Shown: piece after piece, positions 44,487 to 55,811 of the stretch
How the letters are laid out: each line of letters starts with the position of its first letter
Position numbering within the stretch: position 1 is the first letter of the stretch
Assembly (NCBI GenBank): GCA_022710185.1
Contig: JAKLHK010000004.1
Location: 3,669-67,668 of the forward strand
Length of the DNA stretch: 64,000 bases
From: Bacteroidota bacterium
GTDB lineage: Bacteria > Bacteroidota > Bacteroidia > Bacteroidales > JAGNHN01
Reading direction: 5' to 3'
Notes under the pieces: model-generated
Databases searched by the model: none
Told to the model about the DNA's origin: nothing
What the model saw: the letters and a program-made list of their open reading frames with translations, nothing else
Program-made: the position numbers and the translations under genes

Positions 44487-45086
44487 TTATTCCACAGGGA
44501 ACATACGGTACTCCGCCTTGCTCTCCGGGGACTTCCAGTCGACATTCACCAGGGTCAGCGACTTCTTGAACTTGCCGGTCACTTTCTTGCCCCCCTCGTC
44601 GGTGAGGTCCCAGGTGATGGTGTAGGTGCTGCCGCTCTTGTTCACGGTCACCGTGCCTCCGGTCACCACATGCTGGGTGCCCGTCTGGTTGGCGATGCTG
44701 AAGTTGATGCCGAGGAACCCGATGTCGAAGGTCCCGTTGGCGGTGCTCATCTCATCGAAGGTGTAGGTACGGTTGTCCAGCTTGGTGGAGTCGGAGGTGT
44801 ACATCTCGAAGTAAAGGGCGTTGCCGGTCCCGGTGATCTCGTCGATCTGGCCGTTGGTCATGTTCACGGTGAACCCGGACGACATCAGGGTGAGGTCGAG
44901 GTTGTATACGCCCGGTTCCCATTCCCCATAGTTTTCGATGAATCCCTGGGTCAGTTCGTAGGTCTTGCCGTCGTACATGAAGTAGTTTTCGGGCGAGGAA
45001 TCATCATCGTCATCATCCTTGTTGCAGGAGGTCAGGGCCGCACCGGCGATCATCAGGGCAAACAGGGCACGCAAAGTAAATCTCAT
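44487..45086 (-). CDS. Hypothetical lipoprotein
   Basis: Lipobox (LTSC) followed by a poly-Asp linker (NKDDDDDD). No recognisable family. Confidence 0.65.
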   Translation of the reverse strand: MRFTLRALFALMIAGAALTSCNKDDDDDDSSPENYFMYDGKTYELTQGFIENYGEWEPGVYNLDLTLMSSGFTVNMTNGQIDEITGTGNALYFEMYTSDSTKLDNRTYTFDEMSTANGTFDIGFLGINFSIANQTGTQHVVTGGTVTVNKSGSTYTITWDLTDEGGKKVTGKFKKSLTLVNVDWKSPESKAEYRMFPVE

Positions 45087-45198
45087 GATTAAAGGGTTTA
45101 AAAGGTTGACAATAACGGAAACATCCTTCCGGTGTATTGCGTTTTCCGGGGCTTTCCGCGCGGCAAATGTACTATTTCGTGAAGAACGTGGCTTCGTT

Positions 45199-45906
45199 TT
45201 ATACGCCGAACCATGTTTTCAGGACCATATAGACCCCGGCGAGGAGGAAAAGGATGGCTATGGCCCGGCGAAACCACTGCTCGAAAGCCCGCACCCTCTT
45301 GTACAGCCGGCCGACTTCCCCCACGGCATAGGCCATGAGCCAGGCGAAGAGGACCACTGGCAGCCCGGTGGCCAGGGCAAAGGCCAGGGGCAGGTGCAGC
45401 CCCCCTTCCGGTCCCAGGGTCATGGGGATCAGCAGGGCGAAGTATAGCACCCCGCTGTATGGACAAAAGGCCAGGGCGAAAAGCATGCCCATCAGGAGCA
45501 CAGCCCAGTAACTGTCCCTGGCGCGCTCTTCCAATGCCTTGCCGGCCCCGCTGAACCCGGGGATGCGCAGCGGGATGATATCCAGCATCACCAGGCCAAG
45601 CAAAAGGAGTACCGGGCCGATGATTTTTTCCCCATAGGTCTGAAAGAAACCACTAACATCGATGCTGTCCAGGCTGAAATACAGGATGGCCGCCAATCCT
45701 ACATAGCTGATGCTCCTTCCGAGGGTATAGATCAGGCCGTTGAGGAAAACCCTGCGACGGTTGGCCAGGTCCCTGCTGATGTACCCTATGGCGGTGATAT
45801 TGGTAGCCAGCGGACAGGGACTGATGGCGGTCATGAGCCCCAGGACGAAGGCGGACAGTACAGGAAACTGGCTGGCTTCGAACCAGCGGACGAGAATTTC
45901 TTCCAT
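45199..45906 (-). CDS. CcdA/DsbD_2-type membrane protein, ArsG-family-like
   Basis: 6 TM helices and an ISPCP motif in TM1. It is the last gene of the ars cluster. The ArsG assignment is from memory of the family name only. Confidence 0.7.
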   Translation of the reverse strand: MEEILVRWFEASQFPVLSAFVLGLMTAISPCPLATNITAIGYISRDLANRRRVFLNGLIYTLGRSISYVGLAAILYFSLDSIDVSGFFQTYGEKIIGPVLLLLGLVMLDIIPLRIPGFSGAGKALEERARDSYWAVLLMGMLFALAFCPYSGVLYFALLIPMTLGPEGGLHLPLAFALATGLPVVLFAWLMAYAVGEVGRLYKRVRAFEQWFRRAIAILFLLAGVYMVLKTWFGV

Positions 45907-45913
45907 GTGCGGA

Positions 45914-46321
45914 TCAAAGGTCCCCGATGGCGTCGTGGAGGGCGGCCTTGAGCTTCTCCGGCGATACCTTGCAGTACATGAAGGCCTTGTCGGTCAGGTC
46001 GGTCTTCTTTCCATCCTTCACCACCATCAGGCATTGCCCCTTGATGCCGAGCCCTTCGGCTTCGGCCTTGCCGCTGGACGATTCGCCGTTGATGGCAGTG
46101 AAGCTCACCTTGCCCGCCTTCATCTGGGCCGGGTACAGTTCCTCCAGGGCCGCCCTGGTCTTGCTTTCCACGGCCATGCAGGTGGCACAGCGGTGGTTGT
46201 TGTGGAAGTAATACACCTTCACCGGGCCATTCCCGGCCTTGCCTTGCTTCTTCTGGGCAGAAACACCAACTCCGGCGCCAAGAAGGAGCAGGATACTGAG
46301 AAAGAGGGCTGCATTTTTCAT
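45914..46321 (-). CDS. Secreted thioredoxin-fold-like protein with a CATC motif, ArsF-family-like
   Basis: Signal peptide; YYFHNNHRCATCMAVE motif. It sits between a thioredoxin-like gene and a CcdA-like gene in the ars cluster. Confidence 0.65.
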   Translation of the reverse strand: MKNAALFLSILLLLGAGVGVSAQKKQGKAGNGPVKVYYFHNNHRCATCMAVESKTRAALEELYPAQMKAGKVSFTAINGESSSGKAEAEGLGIKGQCLMVVKDGKKTDLTDKAFMYCKVSPEKLKAALHDAIGDL

Positions 46322-46327
46322 TAGGGT

Positions 46328-46570
46328 CTATGCTTGAGGTTTGAGTAGTTGCATGATCTCCTGAACGGAGGGCACCCTGCCGTTCATCACCACTTTGCCG
46401 TCCACCACCAGCCCCGGCGTACGGGCGATGCCGTAGGCCATGATGTCCATGATGTCGTCCACCTTCTCCACCGTGGCCTCCAGGCCCATTGCGGCCAGGG
46501 CTTCCCGGGTGTGGTGCTCGAGCTGTTTGCATTTGGGACAGCCGGTGCCCAGAACCTTGATCTCCATCAT
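46328..46570 (-). CDS. Small thioredoxin-family protein (redox-active disulfide protein 2 type)
   Basis: 80 aa; MEIKVLGTGCPKCKQLE with a CxxC motif; GLVVDGKVV C-terminal block. Confidence 0.85.
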   Translation of the reverse strand: MMEIKVLGTGCPKCKQLEHHTREALAAMGLEATVEKVDDIMDIMAYGIARTPGLVVDGKVVMNGRVPSVQEIMQLLKPQA

Positions 46571-46665
46571 TGTGCTATCGTTGTTCGCAATATTACGAAC
46601 TTTTTAAGCAAGAATAGCGAGAAAAGCACTCGCTCATATCGGCCATTAAAATGAACCATGGACCA

Positions 46666-47721
46666 TCAACCATCAACCATCGAATTTTTAAAGTATTTTT
46701 TGCGGAACCAGAAGGCGACACTCACCAGGGCGATGAGTACGGGAACCTCAACCAATGGACCGATCACGGCGGCAAAGGCTTCGCCTGAGGAGATGCCGAA
46801 TACGGCCACGGCCACGGCAATGGCCAGCTCGAAATTGTTGCTGGCAGCCGTGAACGAAAGGGCGGTGACCTTGGGGTAGTCCTTGCTCACCTTTCTTCCC
46901 ATATAGAAGGACACGAAGAACATGATCACGAAGTAAAGCACCAGCGGGATGGCGATGCGCAACACATCGAAGGGGATCTGCACTATGCGCTCCCCCTTGA
47001 GGGAGAACATCACGAAGATGGTAAACAACAGGGCGATGAGGGTGAGCGGACTGATGCGGGGCACGAAGGAATGCTGGTACCACTCCTTGTCTTTCCACCG
47101 GATCAGGAGGTATCGGGTGAGAAAGCCCAGGATGAAGGGGATGCCGAGATAGATGAAGACACTTTCGGCCACCTGGCCCATGGTGATGTCCACCGCAAAG
47201 GTCTTCAGACCGAACAGCCCTGGCAGCACGGTAAGGAAGAACCAGGCGTATACGGAGAAGAAGAGCACCTGGAACACGGAATTGAAGGCCACCAGGCCGG
47301 CCACGTATTCGCGGTCGCCACGGGCCAGGTCGTTCCATACGATCACCATGGCGATGCAGCGGGCCAGGCCGATCAGGATGAGGCCGGCCATATACTCGGG
47401 CTGGTCTCTCAGGAAGAGGATGGCCAGGGCAAACATCAACAGAGGACCGATCACCCAGTTCTGTACCAGACTTAGGATAAGTATCTTACGGTCGCGGAAT
47501 ACTTCTCCCATCTCCTCATACTTCACCCTGGCCAGGGGAGGGAACATCATGACAATGAGCCCGATGGCGATGGGGATGTTGGTGGTTCCACGAGTAAAGC
47601 CGTCCCAGAAGCCTGCAATACCGGGAAAAACATATCCTGCGGCCACGCCGGCGAACATAGCCAGGAAGATCCACAGGGTAAGGTAACGGTCGAGGAAGCC
47701 AAGACGTTTTCCTGAAGCCAT
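46666..47721 (-). CDS. acr3: ACR3-family arsenite efflux transporter
   Basis: N-terminal [13 protein letters not shown]; conserved [11 protein letters not shown] (catalytic Cys region); 10 TM helices. Confidence 0.92.
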   Translation of the reverse strand: MASGKRLGFLDRYLTLWIFLAMFAGVAAGYVFPGIAGFWDGFTRGTTNIPIAIGLIVMMFPPLARVKYEEMGEVFRDRKILILSLVQNWVIGPLLMFALAILFLRDQPEYMAGLILIGLARCIAMVIVWNDLARGDREYVAGLVAFNSVFQVLFFSVYAWFFLTVLPGLFGLKTFAVDITMGQVAESVFIYLGIPFILGFLTRYLLIRWKDKEWYQHSFVPRISPLTLIALLFTIFVMFSLKGERIVQIPFDVLRIAIPLVLYFVIMFFVSFYMGRKVSKDYPKVTALSFTAASNNFELAIAVAVAVFGISSGEAFAAVIGPLVEVPVLIALVSVAFWFRKKYFKNSMVDG

Positions 47722-47724
47722 AAC

Positions 47725-48150
<426 letters not shown>

Positions 48151-48208
48151 GTTCGTAATTTTGCGAACAAAGATAGATGTTCAGCAGTTTCGGAAGGTTA
48201 AGGGAATG

Positions 48209-48559
48209 TTAACGAAACAGTTCAGCGAACAGTTTGCGCGCAGCCTCCCAGTTTTCCCGGTTGATGCAGTATTTGATGCGCGGAGGCCGGATGTCGCCCT
48301 GGATGAGGCCGGCATCCTTGAGCTCCTTCAGGTGCTGGGAAAGCGTGGATTTGGCTATGGGAAGCACTTCTGAAAGGTCCTTGCTGTAACAGCAGCTCTG
48401 TTTGGAGAGCAGCTCCAGGATGAACATGCGTACCGGATGCCCCATGGCCCGGGCGAAACGGGCCGTGGCCTCATGGCCGGGAGTAATGACCAGTTCCTGA
48501 GGCTCAGGTGCCGTCACTTCACTGATTCCGGTGAGCGGTGGCTTCTTTATGCTTCCCAT
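48209..48559 (-). CDS. arsR: ArsR/SmtB-family metalloregulator
   Basis: HTH region ILELLSKQSCCYSKDLSEVLPIAKSTLSQHLKELKDAGLI with a Cys pair in the metal-binding position. Confidence 0.9.
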   Translation of the reverse strand: MGSIKKPPLTGISEVTAPEPQELVITPGHEATARFARAMGHPVRMFILELLSKQSCCYSKDLSEVLPIAKSTLSQHLKELKDAGLIQGDIRPPRIKYCINRENWEAARKLFAELFR

Positions 48560-48597
48560 GGCCTGGCAAATCTACACCTTAATCGGCACACCAACGA

Positions 48598-49947
48598 TCA
48601 GGCGATGCCCCCGTAGATCATCCCCGACAGGGTGGCCATAACCACCACCAGAGATACATAAGCAATGGTTTTCTGTGTTCCCAGTACTCCCCTTATCACC
48701 AGCATATTGGGAAGGGATAAAGATGGTCCTGCAAGCAACAACGCCAATGCCGGGCCCTTACCCATGCCCGAGGCGATAAGTCCCTGAAGTATAGGCACCT
48801 CCGTTAAGGTGGCAAAGTACATAAAGGCCCCGACGATGGATGCAAACAAATTGGAGAACACGGAGTTGCCCCCCACCAGCCACTGTATCCATGCGTTGGG
48901 GATGATGCCTGCGATGGCTTGTCCGTCGTGGGTGGAACCCAGCAGGAAGCCTGCGGTGACCACGCCCACAGCCAGCAGGGGCATAATCTGTTTGGCGAAG
49001 CCCCAGCTGGCGAGCGCCCATTCCCGGTTGTCGGTGTCATTATTGTCCTTTAGGGTTATGACGGACAGCGCCGTGATGCCCACCAGCATCGGCACCAGAG
49101 GAGCAAGCTTAGCCTCAGGGAGGAGTTGGAATGCCAGGATTGCCGAGAGCACGGTGGCCACCACCCCAGCGAATACCCAGGTCCAGCGGATCTTCAGGAT
49201 ATGAATAAGGGAATACACCAGGAACAGGGAGAAGAATCCGGTGATATACCACTTGTAGGCCCATAGAAAGTACCAGGCACTGCTGGTGTCCCCGGAAGCC
49301 GGGCTTCCCCAGTTGGCGAATACCAGGATGAGGACCAGGGTAAAGAAGTGGAAGGAGGTTTGCCACATCGGACGCTTTTCCTGCATCAATGGAATGTTCA
49401 TTTGCGCTTCCTGCTTCTTTTTTTCTTCCTTACGGTAGATGAGGGACATAGCTGCTCCGATGATCACACTGAAGGCCACAGCGCCTATAGTCCTGGCCAG
49501 GCCCATTTCGAAACCCAGCACACGGGCCGTAAGGATGATGGCGAGGATATTGATGGCCGGGCCCGAATACAGGAACGCGATGGCCGGGCCCAGACCTGCC
49601 CCGCGTTTGTGGATGCTGGAGAACAGGGGAAGGATAGTACAGCTGCACACCGCCAGGATGGTGCCTGAAACGGAGGCCACGGTGTAGGCCAGCCATTTTT
49701 TTGCGTTGGCCCCGAAGTAACGCAGCACAGAGCCCTGGCTTACGAACACCGAGATCACCCCGGCGATGAAGAAGGCGGGCAGAAGGCAGAGGACCACATG
49801 CTCCCGGGCGTACCAACGGACCAGGTCGAGGGTAGCATCGAGGGCCGTGTTGAATCGCGCACTTTCCAGGGGAAGAAAGAAGGCGGCACCGAAGACGACC
49901 ATGATCCAAAGAAGTATCCTGAGCTCTTTCCGCGTTTCCATGCCCAT
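48598..49947 (-). CDS. PF03773-type permease (ArsP-like, two-domain membrane permease)
   Basis: Many TM helices and a vicinal Cys motif in a TM helix (LAVCSCTILPLF). It is adjacent to arsR and a small thioredoxin-like gene, as is typical for this family. Confidence 0.8.
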   Translation of the reverse strand: MGMETRKELRILLWIMVVFGAAFFLPLESARFNTALDATLDLVRWYAREHVVLCLLPAFFIAGVISVFVSQGSVLRYFGANAKKWLAYTVASVSGTILAVCSCTILPLFSSIHKRGAGLGPAIAFLYSGPAINILAIILTARVLGFEMGLARTIGAVAFSVIIGAAMSLIYRKEEKKKQEAQMNIPLMQEKRPMWQTSFHFFTLVLILVFANWGSPASGDTSSAWYFLWAYKWYITGFFSLFLVYSLIHILKIRWTWVFAGVVATVLSAILAFQLLPEAKLAPLVPMLVGITALSVITLKDNNDTDNREWALASWGFAKQIMPLLAVGVVTAGFLLGSTHDGQAIAGIIPNAWIQWLVGGNSVFSNLFASIVGAFMYFATLTEVPILQGLIASGMGKGPALALLLAGPSLSLPNMLVIRGVLGTQKTIAYVSLVVVMATLSGMIYGGIA

Positions 49948-50043
49948 TAATTTTCTTATTTGTTCGTAAAATTACGAATAAATAAATAGCCGCGGCTGTG
50001 CCGGGCTCATGGGATAAAAATCCCCGCTGTGAACCAGGAGCCT

Positions 50044-51348
50044 TTATGCTTGCTGAGCTTCAGCTGGCCCGTCCTTGTCCCCGGGCGCGGTATCCTCCGG
50101 CTCGTCGAACTGTTCCCTCACCTCCTCCAGGGCAGCACTGGGTTTGGGGGGCAGAGGCTTGCGGTAAAGCAGGATCACGAGCAGGGAACAGATCAGGATA
50201 CTGAAGAAGACCACGGAATAGCCCAGGTCCTGGATTACCTGGCCCTGGGGAAAGCCCCGCTGCAGGGGGATGGAGGCCAGCACAGCGGGCACCATGCCCT
50301 TGGGGGTCATCACCGCCATGATGGAGCGGTCGGGAGGCTGAAGCCCCCTCCTGGAGATGAGCAGCAGGCTGGCTGGAACGCGCAGCATTAGGATGAGCAG
50401 GATGAGTACCAGGGCAGTAGTGAGCACCAGCGAGGATCCGAACTGTATGGAAAGCCCCACATAAACGAAGAAGTAGGTCTGGACGATGAACACCATTTCC
50501 GCGAAGAAGTCTTTCTCTGACGATGTGAATCCTGAAGGCTGATAAAGGGATGAACGGGAGACCCAGGGAATGCTGCGGATCATTCCGGCATTGCCAAGAA
50601 GGATCCCGAAGCTCAGCACGCTGATCCCTCCGTTGAAACCCATCATCTCCACGGCTCCGTATAGGATGAACACGAAGGCCAGGTTGGTGAACATTGAGTT
50701 CTGTATGCTGCGGACATGATGGATGACCCCGGCCCAAATGAACCCACTCGCGAGTCCTATGAGCACGGCGAACAACAGGGCCATCCACATATTGTTGAGC
50801 ATGCTCCCGATGCTGAGCTCACCACGGGAGATCCCTTCCAGTATGGACAGGCCAACCACCAGACATAGTACATCGCTCAGTGCGCTCTCCAGGATGAGCA
50901 CGCTGCGGCTGCGCTCCCCTATCTTCAGCTGCTTTACCATGGGGATGACCACGGCAGAAGAAGTCCCACCGATGATTGCACCCACGAAGGCTGCGCTGAG
51001 GATGTCGAGCGAGAGTAGTGCGGTACCGATGAGCGTGGTGATGACCATGGTCACCAGGAAGTTGACCACGGTAAGCAGGGAGGCGCTGCCGATGGCGTTG
51101 CGCACTGCGCGCAGGTTGAGGTCGGCCCCGCTCTCGAAGAGGATGACGATGAGGGTGAGGGTGGTAAACACCGGGCCCATCTGTCCGAAGAAGTCCGGGC
51201 CGACCAGTCCTGCCACCGGTCCCAGCGCGATGCCGATGAGCAGCAGGAGCAGCACGTTGGGAACCCGGGTCTTGTCGAACAACTGATTGAAGGCGTGCGA
51301 CAGGAAGATCAGCAGGCCGAGGAAGATGATGGACAGCAGGAGGTTCAT
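50044..51348 (-). CDS. Cation:proton (Na+/H+) antiporter
   Basis: 12-13 TM helices; conserved ILFESGADL and ALSDVLCLV blocks of CPA-family exchangers. Confidence 0.85.
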   Translation of the reverse strand: MNLLLSIIFLGLLIFLSHAFNQLFDKTRVPNVLLLLLIGIALGPVAGLVGPDFFGQMGPVFTTLTLIVILFESGADLNLRAVRNAIGSASLLTVVNFLVTMVITTLIGTALLSLDILSAAFVGAIIGGTSSAVVIPMVKQLKIGERSRSVLILESALSDVLCLVVGLSILEGISRGELSIGSMLNNMWMALLFAVLIGLASGFIWAGVIHHVRSIQNSMFTNLAFVFILYGAVEMMGFNGGISVLSFGILLGNAGMIRSIPWVSRSSLYQPSGFTSSEKDFFAEMVFIVQTYFFVYVGLSIQFGSSLVLTTALVLILLILMLRVPASLLLISRRGLQPPDRSIMAVMTPKGMVPAVLASIPLQRGFPQGQVIQDLGYSVVFFSILICSLLVILLYRKPLPPKPSAALEEVREQFDEPEDTAPGDKDGPAEAQQA

Positions 51349-51733
51349 GGATGGTTCGGATGCAGGGTAAAGGTAGGGAAATCAATGCTCAGTGCTCAGT
51401 GCTCAATGTTAATGGACAACGGATTGACGATTGAAGAGGAAGATTGACGATTGACGAGGAAAAGTGAAGGATCAACCGTCGCTCTTCACACTGTTGCTTC
51501 ACACTGCAAACTCACAAAAATTGCATCAGATATCCTGTGGGTTACCCGAGCCGGGCTTGGTGCGCTTTTTTTCCTTAGGGACTTCTCCTGATGCAAAGGT
51601 GTGACGTAAAATTTGTTAACTTGAAACCGGCTTCTGATCTTGATTTACACAGTCAATTAGTTGATAGACATATCACAGTATATAAACGGACTATGTAATA
51701 GACCTCAGGCCTGGTTTTCAAAACACCACCATT

Positions 51734-54700
51734 ATGAAGAACGTTTTATTACTACTTGCTTTGATTATAGTGGGATCAATAGGCTGGGCCCAACAACCCC
51801 AAACAGAGCATTACCTTGACCCCTATAACCCTGAGTTCGTAAAGGGGGAAATCATCATCAAATTCAAGGACAATGTGATGGTGAACATCCCCAAATCTGG
51901 CGCAAACAATAAAACCGGAGTTTTCTCTGTGGATGAGGAGCTGAAAGACAAGTCCGTCATCTCGGTGGGAAAGGTGTTCCGAAACTCCTCGCGTTTGAAA
52001 ACCAGAACTCTTGTGAAGTATCCCAATGGGGAGGAAAAGAAAACTCCAGCCTTATACAACATATACCGGATAAAACTTGACCCAGGCGCAGATATCAAAG
52101 CCTTGGCAGAGGATCTTGCTGAAGATCCCACAGTAGAATTTGCGGAGCCCAATTACCTGGTTTATACGATGAGTACCACCCCCAATGACCCTCTTTACCC
52201 CAATCAGTGGCATTTGGGAGCCGTTAATGCACCCCAGGCCTGGGATAGCACCACGGGGGATAGTACACAAGTCATCGGGATTCTGGATACAGGTGTGGAT
52301 TGGGACCATCCGGACCTCGATGACAACATCTGGCATAATCCCGGCGAAATACCCAATAACAATGCGGATGATGATGGCAATGGATATGTGGATGATGTGC
52401 GGGGTTGGGATTTTGTTAACGATGATAACAACCCTAACGATGACAACTCGCACGGCACGCACGTAGCAGGGATCGCTGCGGCAGAAGGGAACAATGGTAC
52501 AGGTGTTTGTGGTGTAGCCTGGAATGCGCGAATTATGCCGGTTAAGTTGCTCCAAAGCAGCGGCCAGGGGAACTCAAACGACCTGGCGGCTGCCATTGCG
52601 TATGCAGCAGAAAATGGAGCTACGGTCATCAATATGAGTTTAGGGAGCTTTGGGGAATCTCTCACAGTAAAGGCAGCCCTTGAAAACGCCTACTCAACAG
52701 CAGTATTGGTTGCTGCTGCAGGGAACTCAAGAAGATGTATCTGCTACGATTGCTTCCCCTGTGCGAACTTCTACCCCGCAGCATATTCCTTTGTAATAGG
52801 AGTTGAAGCATCAACACCTGCCGGTGATAGGGCAGGCTTTTCTAACTATGATCCCTCAGGGCCAATATCTTATAATAATCCGTATGGACTTAATTATGAA
52901 ATTATGGCTCCGGGAACAGGTGTCCTCAGCACCTTTCCAAATGGAACCTATAGCACCTTAAATGGGACATCTATGGCTGCCCCGGTTGTAGCAGGAGCAG
53001 TTGCTCTGATGAGACAACAAGACCCTGCTCAGTCGATTGAACAGATATTTGCCAGACTCCTACAGTCAGCAAATAATGGTGTTTTAGATATAATTGGAGC
53101 ATTAACGTGCGTGCTTGTACCTAACCTCCAATATATAAGTTATAAAATCGTAGATACATTGCCTGGATGTGATAATGACGGAATTGCTGACGCTGGAGAA
53201 ACTATTGAGCTATTTCTAAATGTAAAAAATTCTGGTGGATGGGCTGATAGTGTTTGGTCTAAAATACGATTTGCACCATATGAAGATACTACAGTGGCCA
53301 CCATTAGAGATAGTATTAGTTATATAGGTGATATTTCCACCTATGCGAGTTTATCCGGTGTGTTGGACCCTTTTAGAATTTCGATTAATTCAAGTGTAAA
53401 AAACAATAGAGATATCGTATTTGAATATGAAGTAGGTGACGGAAACCAAAATGCAATCACTGGTTTGTTGACCATTAATATTCAAAGAGGAACAGAGGTC
53501 TCAGGAGCCATTATTGGAAATACAGTTTGGACAAGTGATAATTTATATATTGCTACTGCAAATATTGGTGTCCCAGCAGGTAGTAAATTAACGATTAAAC
53601 CCGGTACGATTATCTTGCTCAACCCAGGTATCACTTTTACGATAGATGGTCAACTCGTTGCCAAGGGGACAAAGGACAGTTTGATATATTTCACTAAAAA
53701 CAAGAATGATAGATGGGGCCATCTTGAGTTGAGGGATTCTGAGAATAATGCTGTTTATAACAGTAATGGTATGTTTCTTTCAGGCACGTTGATGGAATTC
53801 GTGGTTGTGGAATATGCCGGAGGTCTGAGTGCTGCTTTTGGTGGAATAGTATTAAGAAATTCTTCACCAATGATAAAAAGCTCAATTATAAGATATAATC
53901 AAGGAAATAACAATGGGTCAGGTATTGCGGTGAGGAATGGGTATTATGGAGGCGCAACGGTTACTAATTGTATGATCTATCAAAACAGCAGAAATGGGAT
54001 AAATTCACAAGCCACAAGCAAGATAACTCATAATACAATATTTGATAATACAGAAAGAGGTGTTTTATATTGGAAAGACAACATAGTTGAGTATAATAAC
54101 ATAATTGATAATGATTTCAACATTGAAACAGTTGGCCAGAATTACAACAGCACCTATATGGCAGAGAATTGTTGGTTCGGAACTGATGATTCAATTCTTG
54201 TATCAACGTCGGTTTATGATTATTCCGATGATTTTAACCGTCCTTTACTCGACTATTCTCCATATCTACTAAAGCCGGATTCATTATCTCCACCTGTTGT
54301 TTGGAAAGTACTTCTCAACGGTCAAAATCCGCAAGTGACAACAATTAGTCCTTTTACTTCAGAAGTTGTGCGGTTTGATGTGCACTTTAGTAAAGCGATG
54401 GATATTTCCTATCCCCCACTGTTGTCTTTTGGCGTCAGAGAGCCGTATACCCAAAATATTGTAAGCAACAATTCCTCCTGGAGTGCTGACTCAACTGTCT
54501 GGACTGCATTCACAACTATAGACCAGGGGACAGGAGATGGTATTCAAATAGTTCGGGTTGCTAATGCTCAGGATACAGACCACTTTGAGATTCCAGTCGA
54601 ACAATCCCGATTCGAGTTTGTCATCCAAGCCGCAGCCTCTGCCTCAGTTGCTTTTATGGCAACACCGGGTATAGGAAAGGTAGATTTGGAATGGCCTTCC

Positions 54701-55774
54701 GCAGTAACTGATGATGCACTGGGGTATAACCTTTACCGCTATCAGTTTATCGATTCAGTAAATACAACAGACAGCATCCGGATTAATGACGCATTGATAA
54801 CGGACACAGTTTTCACCGACTTTAATGTTGTACCCGGCGAGACGTATTATTATTTCTATACCATCCTGGGAACGGATATGGCCGAAAGCGACCGTTCGAA
54901 AATCATATATGCCACTCCCTTCAGTGCAGCCAATGGGGATGCCAATGGGGATATGAACGTGAATGTGCTGGATATTACCACTATTGTTTCCTATATGCTC
55001 AACCAGGATCCGGAACCCTTCCTATTCGATGCCGCAGATGTAAATGGGGATGATAACATCAATGTTCTGGATATCATTGGGGTAGTTCAACTTATCTCGG
55101 GAAGCAAGTCGGTCCCGATAAGTAAGTTGATCGGATGGGATCAGCTCGATGCTATGATATTTATGGATTCAACAACCATCCGATTGCTAAGCAGCGGAAA
55201 CATCGCCGCCCTGCAATTTGAGTTGCTCGGTGAGAACCTGGAAAAGATAAATCTGTACAGTAATGTAGAGGGCTTTGAATTTGCCTATGCTGTAAGCGAA
55301 GGAAAACTGATAGGAATACTTTATTCCTTCAAAGAAAAAGTGATCCCGAAGGGTTTAGCAGACCTTTTATCCATTGAGTTGAATGGTGCTGTGGTTGATT
55401 GGGGAAGCATAACTGCCGGAGATCTGGAAGGAGATTATGTGAAGGTTAATCCACAAGGAAATGTTAGTGCTTTGAATGATGACTTCTACGTAAGTGCCAG
55501 GCCTAACCCCTTCAATTATACCACAAGCATCACCTATAAACTGCCGGAAGAGGCAGAGGTGTCTTTAGAAATCTTCAATCTGCACGGTCAGAAGGTACAC
55601 TCCATCCTTTCGAGCCAACAGCCAGGCGGTGGATATATTGTGGAATGGCAAGGTAAGGATGTTACGGGGCAGACTGTGCCTGCAGGAATATATTTCATTA
55701 TGGTCAATGCAAAGGCGAATGTTGACCAAAAAGTGTATTCAAAGTGTATCAAGCTGATTTATTCGAATCAATAA
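51734..55774 (+). CDS. S8 subtilisin-family serine peptidase with an internal dockerin module and a T9SS type-A C-terminal sorting domain
   Basis: Catalytic triad contexts DTGVDWDHPDL, HGTHVAGIAAA, GTSMAAPVVAGA. Right-handed beta-helix-like middle region. Dockerin duplication NGDANGDMNVNVLDITTIVSYML / DVNGDDNINVLDIIGVVQLI (about 54925-55098). The C-terminus ...ARPNPFNYTTSITYKLPEEAEVSLEIFNLHGQKV... is a T9SS CTD. Confidence 0.9.
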   Translation: MKNVLLLLALIIVGSIGWAQQPQTEHYLDPYNPEFVKGEIIIKFKDNVMVNIPKSGANNKTGVFSVDEELKDKSVISVGKVFRNSSRLKTRTLVKYPNGEEKKTPALYNIYRIKLDPGADIKALAEDLAEDPTVEFAEPNYLVYTMSTTPNDPLYPNQWHLGAVNAPQAWDSTTGDSTQVIGILDTGVDWDHPDLDDNIWHNPGEIPNNNADDDGNGYVDDVRGWDFVNDDNNPNDDNSHGTHVAGIAAAEGNNGTGVCGVAWNARIMPVKLLQSSGQGNSNDLAAAIAYAAENGATVINMSLGSFGESLTVKAALENAYSTAVLVAAAGNSRRCICYDCFPCANFYPAAYSFVIGVEASTPAGDRAGFSNYDPSGPISYNNPYGLNYEIMAPGTGVLSTFPNGTYSTLNGTSMAAPVVAGAVALMRQQDPAQSIEQIFARLLQSANNGVLDIIGALTCVLVPNLQYISYKIVDTLPGCDNDGIADAGETIELFLNVKNSGGWADSVWSKIRFAPYEDTTVATIRDSISYIGDISTYASLSGVLDPFRISINSSVKNNRDIVFEYEVGDGNQNAITGLLTINIQRGTEVSGAIIGNTVWTSDNLYIATANIGVPAGSKLTIKPGTIILLNPGITFTIDGQLVAKGTKDSLIYFTKNKNDRWGHLELRDSENNAVYNSNGMFLSGTLMEFVVVEYAGGLSAAFGGIVLRNSSPMIKSSIIRYNQGNNNGSGIAVRNGYYGGATVTNCMIYQNSRNGINSQATSKITHNTIFDNTERGVLYWKDNIVEYNNIIDNDFNIETVGQNYNSTYMAENCWFGTDDSILVSTSVYDYSDDFNRPLLDYSPYLLKPDSLSPPVVWKVLLNGQNPQVTTISPFTSEVVRFDVHFSKAMDISYPPLLSFGVREPYTQNIVSNNSSWSADSTVWTAFTTIDQGTGDGIQIVRVANAQDTDHFEIPVEQSRFEFVIQAAASASVAFMATPGIGKVDLEWPSAVTDDALGYNLYRYQFIDSVNTTDSIRINDALITDTVFTDFNVVPGETYYYFYTILGTDMAESDRSKIIYATPFSAANGDANGDMNVNVLDITTIVSYMLNQDPEPFLFDAADVNGDDNINVLDIIGVVQLISGSKSVPISKLIGWDQLDAMIFMDSTTIRLLSSGNIAALQFELLGENLEKINLYSNVEGFEFAYAVSEGKLIGILYSFKEKVIPKGLADLLSIELNGAVVDWGSITAGDLEGDYVKVNPQGNVSALNDDFYVSARPNPFNYTTSITYKLPEEAEVSLEIFNLHGQKVHSILSSQQPGGGYIVEWQGKDVTGQTVPAGIYFIMVNAKANVDQKVYSKCIKLIYSNQ

Positions 55775-55811
55775 GGGGCTGATTCTCAATCTGAGAGGTC
55801 AGGCTATAGTT